Below, one piece after another: positions 38,632 through 48,291 of a stretch of DNA of 64,000 nt. A program made the position numbers and the translations under genes. The stretch comes from Candidatus Marinacidobacterium sp. (GTDB lineage: Bacteria > Acidobacteriota > Vicinamibacteria > Marinacidobacterales > Marinacidobacteraceae), in contig OZ242011.1 of the NCBI GenBank assembly GCA_965204755.1, forward strand, positions 1,696,001 to 1,760,000. The letters run 5' to 3'. The notes below the pieces were generated by a model. It made no database searches, was not told the DNA's origin, and worked only from the letters and a program-made list of their open reading frames with translations. The number at the start of each line of letters is the position of its first letter. Within the stretch, counting starts at the first letter, position 1.

Positions 38632-41289
38632 ATGCCGACGACGACGGAAACGAGGTTGTTGCTGGTGGACGGCAACAACCTGCTGTTCCGTTCCTTCTTC
38701 GCCCTGCCGCGGCTGACGCGCTCCGACGGCCTGCCGAACGGGGCGCTCCACGGGTTCGCCTCCACCCTGCGGAAACTCCTCCGCGAGGAAGCGCCGGAGT
38801 TCTGCGCCGTGGTCTTCGACGCTCCGGGGCCCAACTTCCGGGACGAGATCTTCCCGGAGTACAAGGCGAACCGGCCCCCGATGCCGGAGGAACTGTCCCG
38901 GCAGGTCCCGTTCACCCGCCGCCTGGCCCGCGCCCTCGGGGCGGCGGTGGTCGAGGTTGCGGGAGTGGAAGCCGACGATGTGATCGGCTCTCTGGCGGTG
39001 GCGGCGGCCGGGCAGGGGCGCGGCGTGGTCGTCGTCTCCGGCGACAAGGACCTGCTGCAGTTGGTCGGCGGCCCGGTGGCGGTCGCCCTTCCCGGCGACC
39101 CGGACACCCGGCTCGACGCCGCCGCGGTGGAGCGGAAACTGGGCGTGCCGCCGGCCCTGGTCCCCGACTACCTGGGGCTGGTCGGCGACTCGGTGGACAA
39201 CATCCCCGGAGTCCGCGGCATCGGCCCCAAGACCGCCGCCGGCCTCCTCTCGACGCTCGGCGGCCTGGACGAAATCCTCGCCCGCCTCGAGGAAATCCCC
39301 CGCCCCCGCGCGCGGAACCTGCTCCGGGAGCAGGCGAACTCCGCCCTCCTGTCCCGGCGGCTGGCACGGCTGAAACTGGATGTCCCGGTCCCGGAGGCCG
39401 CGGACGGGATGGAGGGGCTGCGCTACCGGGGCGCGGACGCGGAAGCGGCGCTCGAAGTCCTCGACGAACTCGAACTCCGCACCATCGCCCGCGACTTCGC
39501 CGCCGCCGGCGCCGAGAAGACCCCGCCGCCCCGCGTCCGCCGGCTGGCCTCCCTCGCCGACCTCGAAGCCGAACTCCGGCGCGCCCGCGAAGCCGGCCGG
39601 CTCTCGGTCCACGCCGCCTTCGCCCCGGCGGAAGGCCGCTCCCCGCCGCGCCTCGCCGCGGTCGGTCTCGCCTCCGCCGAGGGCGAGGCCGCCTGCGCCG
39701 TCGCCGGGCCCGCGCTTCCCGAAGCGGAACTCGCCTCCGCCTTCGGTTCGGCGCTCGGGGGAGACGGGCCCGCGCTCACCGGCCACGGCGTCCAGCCGTT
39801 CGTCCGCTGCCTGCTGGAAGCCGGGGCCGGGCCGCCGCGGGTGGCCCACGACAGCCAGGTCGCCGCGTGGCTGCTGAACACCACCCGCCGCGCCCAGGAG
39901 TTCGCCGGTGTGCTGCGCGACTACACCGGCCTCTCGCTGCCCGAGTCCGCCTCCGCCGGCGGCAGCCTCTTCGCCTCCGGCCCGGCGCCGGCGGAAAGCG
40001 AAGGCCTCGCCGTCCGCGCCGCCCGGCAGTTCCCGCTGGCGAAGGAACTCGAGTCCCGGCTGGACGACGAGGAAGGGCTCCGGTCGGTCTTCTCGGACAT
40101 CGAGATGCCGCTTCTGCCGGTGCTGGCCCGGATCGAGACCCGCGGCCTCCTGCTGGACTCGGCGGCGCTCGAACGCCTCGGGAGCGAGTTGGCCGGCCGG
40201 ATCGGCGCCCTCGAGGAGCGCATCCACGAACTGGCCGGCGGTCCGTTCGACATCGGGAGCCCGAAGCAGTTGGGCGAGGTCCTCTTCGACAAACTCCAAC
40301 TGCCGGAGACGAAGAAGACCCAGAAGACCAAGCGCGCCTCCACCCGCGCCGAGGTGCTCGAAGAGTTGGCGGCGCAACACGAACTCCCCGCGCTGGTCCT
40401 CGAGTACCGGGAACTGGCGAAACTGAAGAGCACCTATGTGGACCCGCTCCCGACCCTGGTCTCGAAGGAGACCGGACGGCTCCACACCCGGCTCCACCAG
40501 ACGGTCGCGGCGACCGGCCGGCTCTCCAGCAGCGATCCCAACCTCCAGAACATCCCGGCGCGCACCGAACTCGGCCGGAAGGTGCGCCGCGCCTTCGTCG
40601 CCGCCCCGGGGAACCGGCTCCTCTCCGCGGACTACTCGCAAATCGAACTCCGGGTGCTCGCCCACCTGAGCGGCGACCCGGCCCTGGTCGAGGCGTTCCG
40701 CCGGGGAGAGGACATCCACGCCCGCACCGCGGCGGAGGTCTTCGGCGGGGCCGGCCTCGACCCCGCCGAGGCGCGGCGGCGGGCGAAGATCGTGAACTTC
40801 TCGGTCATCTACGGCAAGACCGCCTTCACCCTGGGCCGGGAGATCGGCGTCTCCACCGGCGAGGCGCAGGCGTTCATAGACGCCTACTTCGCCCGGTACG
40901 CCCGCGTCCGGACCCTCATCGAAGAGATCCGGGAGACCGCCCGAACGAAGGGCCGGGTGACCACGCCGTTCGGCCGGCAGCGGCTCATCCCGGAAATCCG
41001 CGCGCAGAACCGGGCGCGGCGGGAAGCGGCGGAGCGGATGGCGGTGAACGCGCCGATCCAGGGCGCCGCCGCCGACCTGGTCAAGATCGCCATGCTCGGC
41101 GTCGAGCGCGCGCTCGCCGGGACCTCCGGCGCCCTCCTCCTGCAGGTCCACGACGAGTTGCTGGTGGAGGCCGAAGCCGGGGAGGCGGAGGAGGTGGGCG
41201 AGACGGTGCGGCGCGAGATGGAATCCGCCGCGGAACTCGCGGTGCCCCTGGTCGCGGAAGTCCGCGTCTCCGACTTCTGGGAGCACTGA
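38632..41289 (+). CDS. polA: DNA polymerase I
   Basis: LLVDGN 5'-3' exonuclease, GDSVDNIPGV, TGRLSSSDPNLQNIP, DYSQIELR, QVHDEL. TAGAAT box upstream. Confidence 0.97.
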   Translation: MPTTTETRLLLVDGNNLLFRSFFALPRLTRSDGLPNGALHGFASTLRKLLREEAPEFCAVVFDAPGPNFRDEIFPEYKANRPPMPEELSRQVPFTRRLARALGAAVVEVAGVEADDVIGSLAVAAAGQGRGVVVVSGDKDLLQLVGGPVAVALPGDPDTRLDAAAVERKLGVPPALVPDYLGLVGDSVDNIPGVRGIGPKTAAGLLSTLGGLDEILARLEEIPRPRARNLLREQANSALLSRRLARLKLDVPVPEAADGMEGLRYRGADAEAALEVLDELELRTIARDFAAAGAEKTPPPRVRRLASLADLEAELRRAREAGRLSVHAAFAPAEGRSPPRLAAVGLASAEGEAACAVAGPALPEAELASAFGSALGGDGPALTGHGVQPFVRCLLEAGAGPPRVAHDSQVAAWLLNTTRRAQEFAGVLRDYTGLSLPESASAGGSLFASGPAPAESEGLAVRAARQFPLAKELESRLDDEEGLRSVFSDIEMPLLPVLARIETRGLLLDSAALERLGSELAGRIGALEERIHELAGGPFDIGSPKQLGEVLFDKLQLPETKKTQKTKRASTRAEVLEELAAQHELPALVLEYRELAKLKSTYVDPLPTLVSKETGRLHTRLHQTVAATGRLSSSDPNLQNIPARTELGRKVRRAFVAAPGNRLLSADYSQIELRVLAHLSGDPALVEAFRRGEDIHARTAAEVFGGAGLDPAEARRRAKIVNFSVIYGKTAFTLGREIGVSTGEAQAFIDAYFARYARVRTLIEEIRETARTKGRVTTPFGRQRLIPEIRAQNRARREAAERMAVNAPIQGAAADLVKIAMLGVERALAGTSGALLLQVHDELLVEAEAGEAEEVGETVRREMESAAELAVPLVAEVRVSDFWEH

Positions 41290-41323
41290 CCGCTCCGGGA
41301 GGGTTCCACCGAGGCCGGGCGGC

Positions 41324-42130
41324 TCACGGCTTCCCGAGGTACGCGCCGTCGGGATCGAGTTCTTCGCGCAGGATGCGGAGCGCCTCCGGCGAGGGCGGCG
41401 GGGTCGGCCCCACCTCCGGCGCCACCCGCATCTCCCACGAGGCGGCGCTCTTCGCCTGCTCCACCTCCACGCCCGGATGGACGGACTCCAGGGTCATCTC
41501 CCGAGTCTCCGGGTCGAAGCCGTACGCGCCGAGGTCGGTGATCACCCGCGACGGCCCGCCCCCGGGAGCGCCCAGCCGCTCCCGGGAATCGCCGCCCTCG
41601 GCCCAGCCGACGGTGGTGCGGAAGTCCAGCCGCTCGACGAACTTCCGGGCGTCCTGGCGCAGGATCACCACGGTGCGGCGGGCGTTCCAGGCGATGTCCG
41701 GAGCGCCGCCGGCGCCGGGGAGGCGCACTTTCGGGCGCCGGTAGTCCCGGCCGATCACCGTGGTGTTCAGGTTGCCGAAGCGGTCGATCTGCGCCGCGCC
41801 GAGCAGCCCCAGGTCGCACCGGCCGCCCTGGAGGAAGTAGAGGAAGGTCTCGGTCATGGGCAGCACCTGCGCCGCCCCGCTGACCAGGCAGGGGTCGCCG
41901 ATGGAGAGCGGCGTCCGGGCCGGGCGCGCCCCGAAGACCCCCGACTCGTAGAGCAGGTTCGCCCGCCGGGCGCCGAGCCGCTGCGCCAGCCGCACCGCCA
42001 GGTTCGGCAGGCCGATGCCCACGAACACGCTGTCGCCGTCCCGCACTTCCCGGCTGGCGGCGACCACCATCATCTCCGTCGGCGTGGGGGGCGCCGCCGC
42101 CCTTCCGACCCCGCCGGCCGCGCCGCTCAC
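41324..42130 (-). CDS. CoA-transferase beta subunit (glutaconate/3-oxoadipate type)
   Basis: VFVGIGLP, LLYESG, GAAQIDRFGNLNTT, RLPGAGGAPD. Confidence 0.88.
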   Translation of the reverse strand: MSGAAGGVGRAAAPPTPTEMMVVAASREVRDGDSVFVGIGLPNLAVRLAQRLGARRANLLYESGVFGARPARTPLSIGDPCLVSGAAQVLPMTETFLYFLQGGRCDLGLLGAAQIDRFGNLNTTVIGRDYRRPKVRLPGAGGAPDIAWNARRTVVILRQDARKFVERLDFRTTVGWAEGGDSRERLGAPGGGPSRVITDLGAYGFDPETREMTLESVHPGVEVEQAKSAASWEMRVAPEVGPTPPPSPEALRILREELDPDGAYLGKP

Positions 42131-43050
42131 CGGTAGTCCCCGTAGTCCACCGGCCCCGCCGGCCGGGGCGCCGCCGGGCGGAGCCGGGCGAGGGCTTCCG
42201 CGCCCAGCCGCTCCCGGTAGGCCGCCCGGTCCGGGAGCCCGAAGACCCATTCGTCCAGGTACCGGGCGAGGCGCTCCTCGGAGCGGCTCACCGCGTCCCA
42301 GGCCAGGTAGGCGGCGTTGTCCCGGTCGTAGTGGCCCTGGGCGAAACTCGGGTGGGCGGAGAACGGCTCTTCCACCACCGCGTCCACCGCGACGCCGGGA
42401 ATGCGGGTGCGGTCGGGGTCGGCGCGCGCGACGGCTTCGTCCACCACTTCCTCCACCACCACGATCACCCGCCGGGCGGCCAGGGCGGCTTCCCGCTGGG
42501 CGCCAACGATCCCCCAGATCTGGGTGTTGCCTTCCCGGTCGGCGCGCTGGGCGTTCACCACGGTCACATCCGGGCGGAGCGCCGCCACGGCGTCCAGCCG
42601 TTCGCCGGTGAACGGACAGGCCACCTCGCGGATCTCCGGGTTCACCCGCGGCAGGTCGGTGCCCCGGTAACCGCGCAGCGGGAAGAAGGGCAGCCCCGAC
42701 GCCCCGGCCAGGTAGCGGCAGAGGAGGCCGAAGTGGGAGTACTCCTCGATCTCGAGCGGCCCCGGCCGGCCGCGCTCCACCGCCCGCCGCACCGCGTGGA
42801 GCGAACCCACCCCGGGATTCCCCAGCCACCCGAAGATCAACTTCCGGGCGGTTCCCGCCGCCACCATCTGGTCCATGAGCAGGTCCGGCGTGAGCCGGAC
42901 CAGGGTCAGGTCCCGGCGCTCCTGCCGGATGATTTCGTGCCCGGCGGAGAAGGGGATCAGGTGGGTGAACCCTTCGAGCGCCACCGTGTCCCCGTCACGC
43001 ACGAACCGCCGGACGGCCTCGCCCAGCGGCATGACTTTCGTCTCGGACAC
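42127..43050 (-). CDS. CoA-transferase alpha subunit
   Basis: DGDTVALEGFTHLIPF, GNPGVGSLH, AQRADREGN. Confidence 0.88.
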   Translation of the reverse strand: MSETKVMPLGEAVRRFVRDGDTVALEGFTHLIPFSAGHEIIRQERRDLTLVRLTPDLLMDQMVAAGTARKLIFGWLGNPGVGSLHAVRRAVERGRPGPLEIEEYSHFGLLCRYLAGASGLPFFPLRGYRGTDLPRVNPEIREVACPFTGERLDAVAALRPDVTVVNAQRADREGNTQIWGIVGAQREAALAARRVIVVVEEVVDEAVARADPDRTRIPGVAVDAVVEEPFSAHPSFAQGHYDRDNAAYLAWDAVSRSEERLARYLDEWVFGLPDRAAYRERLGAEALARLRPAAPRPAGPVDYGDYR

Positions 43051-43085
43051 GGGAACGGGAGGGGCGGGCGGCCGGCGCGCCGGGA

Positions 43086-44435
43086 TTATGCGCCCGCTCG
43101 GAGCGCGTCCACGGCGCGGGAGAGGCGGCGTCCGATCTCGGCGATTTCCCCTTCGGAGACGGTGAGCGGCGGCGCGAGCAGCGCCAGGTCCGCCCGCTCC
43201 GCTTCGTCCGCTCCCGGCGCTTCCGGGCCGGCGACCGGATAGACCAGCAGGCGCTCGTTCCGGGCGGCCTCGGCGAACCGGGCGGCGGTCACGCCTCCGG
43301 CGGCCGGGGGGAGGAGGCTGATCCCCGCGAGGAGTCCCGTCGCCCACACCGCCCCCACCGGCGGCCGGCCGCCGAGCGGCGCGATCTCGCGGGAGAGCGC
43401 CGGCCCGAGACCCGCCGCCCGCTCGACGAGGCCCTCCCGGCGGAGGAGCCGGAGCACCTCCCGCACCACCGCGGCGACCACCGGGTGGTGCGAGAAGGTG
43501 AACCCGTGGCGGAAGTCCGGGGCGACCGTCTCCACCACTTCCGCTTTCGCCACCACCGCTCCGCCGGGGAGATAGCCGGAGGTCAGGCCCTTCCCCAGCA
43601 CCACGAGATCCGCTTCCGCCCCGGAGTGCTCCGAGGCGAGGAACCGCCCGGTGCGCCCGCAGCCGGTGAGCACCTCGTCCGCGATCAGCAGCGCGCCCCT
43701 CTCGTCCGCCAAGCCCCGCATCCGGCGCAGGTAGTCCGGGGGAGGCGCGTAGCCGCCGGCGGAGGCGCCGAGGATCGGCTCCACCAGGAGCGCCGCCGCC
43801 CCGCCCTCCACCCGGTCGAGCCGGCGCGCCGCTTCGTCGGCGCAGGCGACTCCGCAGTCCGGGAACGCGAGGTCGAGCGGGCACCTCGGACACCACGGCG
43901 CGGGGACGAACGGGGCGGGCGCCAGCAGCGGCTCGTACGGGGCGCGGAGGCGCTCCCGGCCGGAGACCGAGAGAGCGCCCAAGGTGCTCCCGTGGTAGCC
44001 GGGGGTCTGGGCGACCACCGCGCTCCGCTCCGGGCGGCCGCGGGCGATCCAGTACGCCCGCGCCAGTTTCAGGGCGGTCTCCACCGCTTCCGCCCCGCCG
44101 GGCGTCAGATAGACCTTCGCGTCCCGGTACCCGGGCGGCATCTCGTCCAGCAGCGCCGCCGCCGCTTCCTCCATCGCGGCGGTGGAGAACTGCGCCCCGT
44201 GGACGAAGGCGGCGGCCTCCAACTGCCGGGCGGCGGCGCGGGCCACCTCGCGCCGCCCGTGCCCCACGGAGACCGCCAACGCGCCGCCGCAGGCGTCGAG
44301 CCACCGCTCCCCGTCCCCGGTCTCGATCCAGACCCCCTCCGCCCGTACCGCCCGCCGGTAGGCGCGGCGGAGATCCCGGTAGAAGACCGGACTCTCCGGG
44401 TAGCGGAGCGCCCCGCCGGCGCCTCCGGGCTTCAC
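43086..44435 (-). CDS. Class III PLP-dependent aminotransferase
   Basis: GAEAVETALKLA, YHGST, LIADEVLTGCGRTG, LGKGLTSGY. Confidence 0.9.
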   Translation of the reverse strand: MKPGGAGGALRYPESPVFYRDLRRAYRRAVRAEGVWIETGDGERWLDACGGALAVSVGHGRREVARAAARQLEAAAFVHGAQFSTAAMEEAAAALLDEMPPGYRDAKVYLTPGGAEAVETALKLARAYWIARGRPERSAVVAQTPGYHGSTLGALSVSGRERLRAPYEPLLAPAPFVPAPWCPRCPLDLAFPDCGVACADEAARRLDRVEGGAAALLVEPILGASAGGYAPPPDYLRRMRGLADERGALLIADEVLTGCGRTGRFLASEHSGAEADLVVLGKGLTSGYLPGGAVVAKAEVVETVAPDFRHGFTFSHHPVVAAVVREVLRLLRREGLVERAAGLGPALSREIAPLGGRPPVGAVWATGLLAGISLLPPAAGGVTAARFAEAARNERLLVYPVAGPEAPGADEAERADLALLAPPLTVSEGEIAEIGRRLSRAVDALRAGA

Positions 44436-45139
44436 CCCGACCCGGCGCGCGCGAGGTCGGCGGGGGCCTCGGCGCGGCCCGACGGGAGCGGCAACGCCGC
44501 CGGGAGGTCGGCGATCCGGGCCAGCAGCAGGTCGGGCCCGGCCTCCCGCAACATCGCTTCGCTGCTGAACTCGCTGGGCGCCGCCGCCGTCCGCGTCCCG
44601 GCGCGCCGACCCATCGCCACATCCTCCGGCCGGTCGCCGACGAAGAGCGTCTCCTCCGGCGCGGCCCCGAGCGCCGAGAGCGCCTTCAACAGCCCCTCCG
44701 GGTGGGGCTTCCGCCTCCGGCAGTCCTCGAACGCCACGACCGCGGCGAACCGCCGCCGGAGCCCCAGCCGGTCGAGGTCGTCCTCGAGCCGGGCGCGCTC
44801 GGCGGTGGTGACCACCCCGAACCGCATCCCGGCGGCGGCGAGCGCGTCCAACACGGAGACGGCGCCGGGGAGCAGCCGGTTCCCCGCGCTCCGGGCGCGG
44901 AATTCCGAGTTCCAGAGTTCGCCCGCTTCCCCCCACCGGGCCTCCGGAATCCCCAGTTCGCGGTAGGTCACCTGCCAGTCCGGGCGGTAGGTCTTCCGGT
45001 ATTCCTCGTCGTCGAGGACGATCCCGAAATGACGGAACACCGAGAGCGAAGCCGCCCGCGTCGCCTCGAAACTGTCCAGCAGCGTGCCGTCCCAGTCGAA
45101 CACCACCGTCGTCGGCGACCAGGAACCCGCGGGCGGCAT
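44432..45139 (-). CDS. HAD-family hydrolase
   Basis: VVFDWDGTL, KPHP, VGDRPED. Confidence 0.88.
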   Translation of the reverse strand: MPPAGSWSPTTVVFDWDGTLLDSFEATRAASLSVFRHFGIVLDDEEYRKTYRPDWQVTYRELGIPEARWGEAGELWNSEFRARSAGNRLLPGAVSVLDALAAAGMRFGVVTTAERARLEDDLDRLGLRRRFAAVVAFEDCRRRKPHPEGLLKALSALGAAPEETLFVGDRPEDVAMGRRAGTRTAAAPSEFSSEAMLREAGPDLLLARIADLPAALPLPSGRAEAPADLARAGSG

Positions 45140-45306
45140 CGGGAGGAGTTCGGGTTCCGGTTTCGCGGGCGCGGCGGGCAGCGCCGCGGGCAAGCGTACC
45201 GAACCCCCGACCGCGTTCCGCGCCCTCCCGAGGACGCCGCCGAAGCGGCGAAAACGACTCCCGATCCGACCGTTCGGAAGGGCCGGAGGCGGAATAGACT
45301 TCGCCG

Positions 45307-45840
45307 ATGATCGCCTGCCGCTCCTCCCTCCTCGAGACGGGCATTCCGGAAATCGGGCCCCTCGAACTGCTCTCCTCGGAAGTCGGGCTGGCGGCGATCC
45401 TGTTCTGCGGCGAGCGCCGCTCCCCGGCGGCCTCCCGCTGGCGCGCCCGCGAAGTCGGCCCGGTGACCCCGGCGGCCCCCGGAGAGCACGATCGCTGCGC
45501 CGCCCAGGTCCGGGAGTACCTGGCCGGAGACCGGATCGCCTTCGACCTCCCGCTCCACCGGACCGGCACGCCCTTCCAGCGCGCGGTGCTCGACGCGGTG
45601 AGCCGCGTCCCCTACGGCGCGACCGCGACCTACGGGGAGATCGCCGCCGCGGTCGGGAACCCGGCGGCCGTCCGCGCCGTGGGAGCGGCCAACGGCTCGA
45701 ACCCTTTGCCGCTCGTCCTCCCCTGCCACCGGATCGTGGGGACCGCCGCGAAGTTGACCGGCTACGGCGGCGGCCTCGACGCGAAGCGCTGGCTCCTCTC
45801 GCGGGAAGCCGCTCCCGCGCGCCTGGCGCTCGCTTCGTGA
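45307..45840 (+). CDS. ogt: Methylated-DNA-protein-cysteine methyltransferase
   Basis: GTPFQRAV, TYGEIA, RAVGAA, PCHR active site. Confidence 0.92.
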   Translation: MIACRSSLLETGIPEIGPLELLSSEVGLAAILFCGERRSPAASRWRAREVGPVTPAAPGEHDRCAAQVREYLAGDRIAFDLPLHRTGTPFQRAVLDAVSRVPYGATATYGEIAAAVGNPAAVRAVGAANGSNPLPLVLPCHRIVGTAAKLTGYGGGLDAKRWLLSREAAPARLALAS

Positions 45841-46562
45841 CCGGCCGCGCCCTCACCCTCCTCGCTCTCGGCGCGCTCGCCGCCGGCGCCCTCCTCGGCT
45901 GCGGCGGCGGCGGAGGCGACGAGACTCCGGAACCGCCCGCCGCGGACTCGACCGCCGGCGAAGACGCCGCCCGCGAGGAGGCCCCCTCCATGACCGACAA
46001 CGCGACCGACGCCGGCGATTCCGAAACGGAAGACGCCGCCCCCGACATCGTGCCCGAAGGGCCGGTGGTCGCCTTCCGCACCACCCTCGGGGACTTCCGC
46101 ATCGAACTCTTCCACGACGACGCCCCGGAGACGGCGGAGAACTTCCTCCGCTATGTGGAGGACGGCTTCTACGACGGCACGATCTTCCACCGGGTCGTCC
46201 GCGGCTTCGTGGTCCAGGGCGGCGGCTTCACCGCCGAGATGGAAGAGAAGGAGACCCGGCCGCCGATCCCCAACGAGGCGCGGAACGGCCTCCTGAACAG
46301 CCGGGGAACGCTGGCCATGGCCCGCACCTCCGACCCCCACAGCGCCTCCGCCCAGTTCTTCGTGAACACCCGCGACAACGCGATGCTGGACCACACCGGC
46401 ACGACGGCGCGGGGCTGGGGTTACGCCGTCTTCGGCCGGGTGATCTCCGGAATGGAGACCGTGGACCGGATCGAGGCCGCCCCGGTGGTCAGCCGCGCCG
46501 GCCACAACGATGTCCCGGACACGCCGGTGGTCGTCGAGTCGGCCGCCGTCGTCTCCCGATAA
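45837..46562 (+). CDS. Cyclophilin-type peptidyl-prolyl isomerase, lipoprotein
   Basis: Lipobox LLGC, FHRVVRGFVVQGGG, GTLAMAR, QFFVN, GYAVFG. Confidence 0.92.
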   Translation: MTGRALTLLALGALAAGALLGCGGGGGDETPEPPAADSTAGEDAAREEAPSMTDNATDAGDSETEDAAPDIVPEGPVVAFRTTLGDFRIELFHDDAPETAENFLRYVEDGFYDGTIFHRVVRGFVVQGGGFTAEMEEKETRPPIPNEARNGLLNSRGTLAMARTSDPHSASAQFFVNTRDNAMLDHTGTTARGWGYAVFGRVISGMETVDRIEAAPVVSRAGHNDVPDTPVVVESAAVVSR

Positions 46563-46593
46563 CCCGCGGCGCCGCCCGCCGCCGGGCCGCGGT

Positions 46594-47322
46594 TCACTCC
46601 GGCCCGCAGACCGCGATCAGCACTTCCGGCAGGCCGGCGGCCCCGTCGAGCGGGTAGGGGGCGTGCCGGTCGGGGCCTTCGAGCGGCAGCAGCAGCAGGT
46701 TCCGCAGGCGATGGAGCAGCCGGGCCGCGCCCGGCGACCGGCGGGCCGCGGCGGCCAGCCGCCGGAAGTGCCCCGGCGGGCAGGGCGTCTGGCCGAACCA
46801 GGCGAGGGCCCCGAAGTCGGCGCGGAGCAGGGCCTCGAACTCGGCGAAGGCGTACTCCCGCACATGGAACGGGTTGTCCGGCCGGTCGGCGAGCGCCTTG
46901 CCGGGACTCACCACCCGGCGTTCGGGCGTGGAGCAGAGGAAGACCCCGCCCGGCGCCAGCACCCGCCGCGCCTCCCGGACGACGGCGCGGTCGTCCTCCA
47001 CATGCTCGATGGTCTCGAACGACACATAGAGGTCGAAACTGTCGGCGGCGAAGGGCAGCCGGGCGGCGTCGGCGAGCGTGCCGGTCAGCCGTCCGGCCCC
47101 GGATCCGGGAAGCGCGGCCTCCCGGAACGCCTCCTCCGAGCAGTCCGCGGACACCACCGGCCGCCCCCCGGCCCGCGCCAGCAACCCGGAGCCGTAGCCC
47201 GCGCCCGAAGCCAGGTCCAGCACCCGCTTCCCCTCCGCCATCCCGGCCGCCCAGCGGTACCGGGCGAGGTGCTGCCGCCGCAGCCACGGCGAAGCGAACC
47301 GGTGGAGGGCCAGGCGTTCCAT
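46594..47322 (-). CDS. Class I SAM-dependent methyltransferase
   Basis: HLARY, VLDLASGAGYG, SFETIEHV, NPFHVREY. Confidence 0.88.
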   Translation of the reverse strand: MERLALHRFASPWLRRQHLARYRWAAGMAEGKRVLDLASGAGYGSGLLARAGGRPVVSADCSEEAFREAALPGSGAGRLTGTLADAARLPFAADSFDLYVSFETIEHVEDDRAVVREARRVLAPGGVFLCSTPERRVVSPGKALADRPDNPFHVREYAFAEFEALLRADFGALAWFGQTPCPPGHFRRLAAAARRSPGAARLLHRLRNLLLLPLEGPDRHAPYPLDGAAGLPEVLIAVCGPE

Positions 47323-47465
47323 GCGAAGGCGGAATCGCGCCGCCCGCCGGCGGCGTCCGTCGGATATCTTGGCGGAAGGGCGGAAGGGGCTCGACTCGCC
47401 GGAGCGACCCCGACCCGCCGCCGCGCGCCGAACCGACCCGATATCCCGACTTACGCCGCCCGACG

Positions 47466-48248
47466 ATGACCGAACCGGCCGGCGGCGCCGGAACCCCGCC
47501 GGAGCCCCCGAACGGCCCGCCCCCGGGCATTTCCGCCTGTTTCCCGGCGTTCCACGACGCCGCTTCCATCGGCTGGGTGGCCCGCCGGGCCCGCGAGGCG
47601 CTGCTCGCCGCCGGAGGGGAATTCGAGATCCTGATCCTCGACGACGGCAGTCGGGACGAAACGCCGGCGGCGCTCGCGTCCCTCGAGTCCGAAATCCCGG
47701 AACTCCGACTGCTCCGGCACCCGGAGAACCGGGGCTACGGCGCCACCCTCCGCGACCTCTTCACCGCCGCCCGGCTGCCGCTCGTCTTCTACACCGACGG
47801 CGACGGGCAGTTCGACCCGGCGGAACTCGCCCGCCTGCTGGCCGTCCGGCGCCCGGAGACCGCCCTGGTGAACGGCTACCGGACGGAGCGCGCCTTCCCC
47901 CTGCTCCGCCGCCGGCTCGGCCCCCGGTTCCACCGGGTGGTGGCCGCCACTTTCGACCTGCCGCCGCTCCGGGACTGGGACTGCGACTTCCGGCTGTTCC
48001 GGCGCGACGCCGTCCCCCCGGAGACGATGACCTTCGCCGACGGCACCGCCGTCGTGGAATTCCTGGCCGCGTTCGCCCGCTCCGGGCTCCCCTTCGCCGA
48101 AGCGGAGGTGACCCACCGCGAGCGGCTGGGCGGAGAGAGCCAGTACTACCGCCCGGGGCCGGTGTTCGAGGGCCACCGGAACCTGCTGCGCCTCCGGCGC
48201 CGCCTCGGCGCCCCGCCGATCCGCTGGAGCGCCTGGCTCCGGGGCTGA
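47466..48248 (+). CDS. Glycosyltransferase family 2
   Basis: DDGSRD, NRGYGA, TDGDGQFD. Confidence 0.88.
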   Translation: MTEPAGGAGTPPEPPNGPPPGISACFPAFHDAASIGWVARRAREALLAAGGEFEILILDDGSRDETPAALASLESEIPELRLLRHPENRGYGATLRDLFTAARLPLVFYTDGDGQFDPAELARLLAVRRPETALVNGYRTERAFPLLRRRLGPRFHRVVAATFDLPPLRDWDCDFRLFRRDAVPPETMTFADGTAVVEFLAAFARSGLPFAEAEVTHRERLGGESQYYRPGPVFEGHRNLLRLRRRLGAPPIRWSAWLRG

Positions 48249-48291
48249 CCCGCCTCCGAAGTCCCTGCGCCGCCGGGCGGGATACCGGCGC

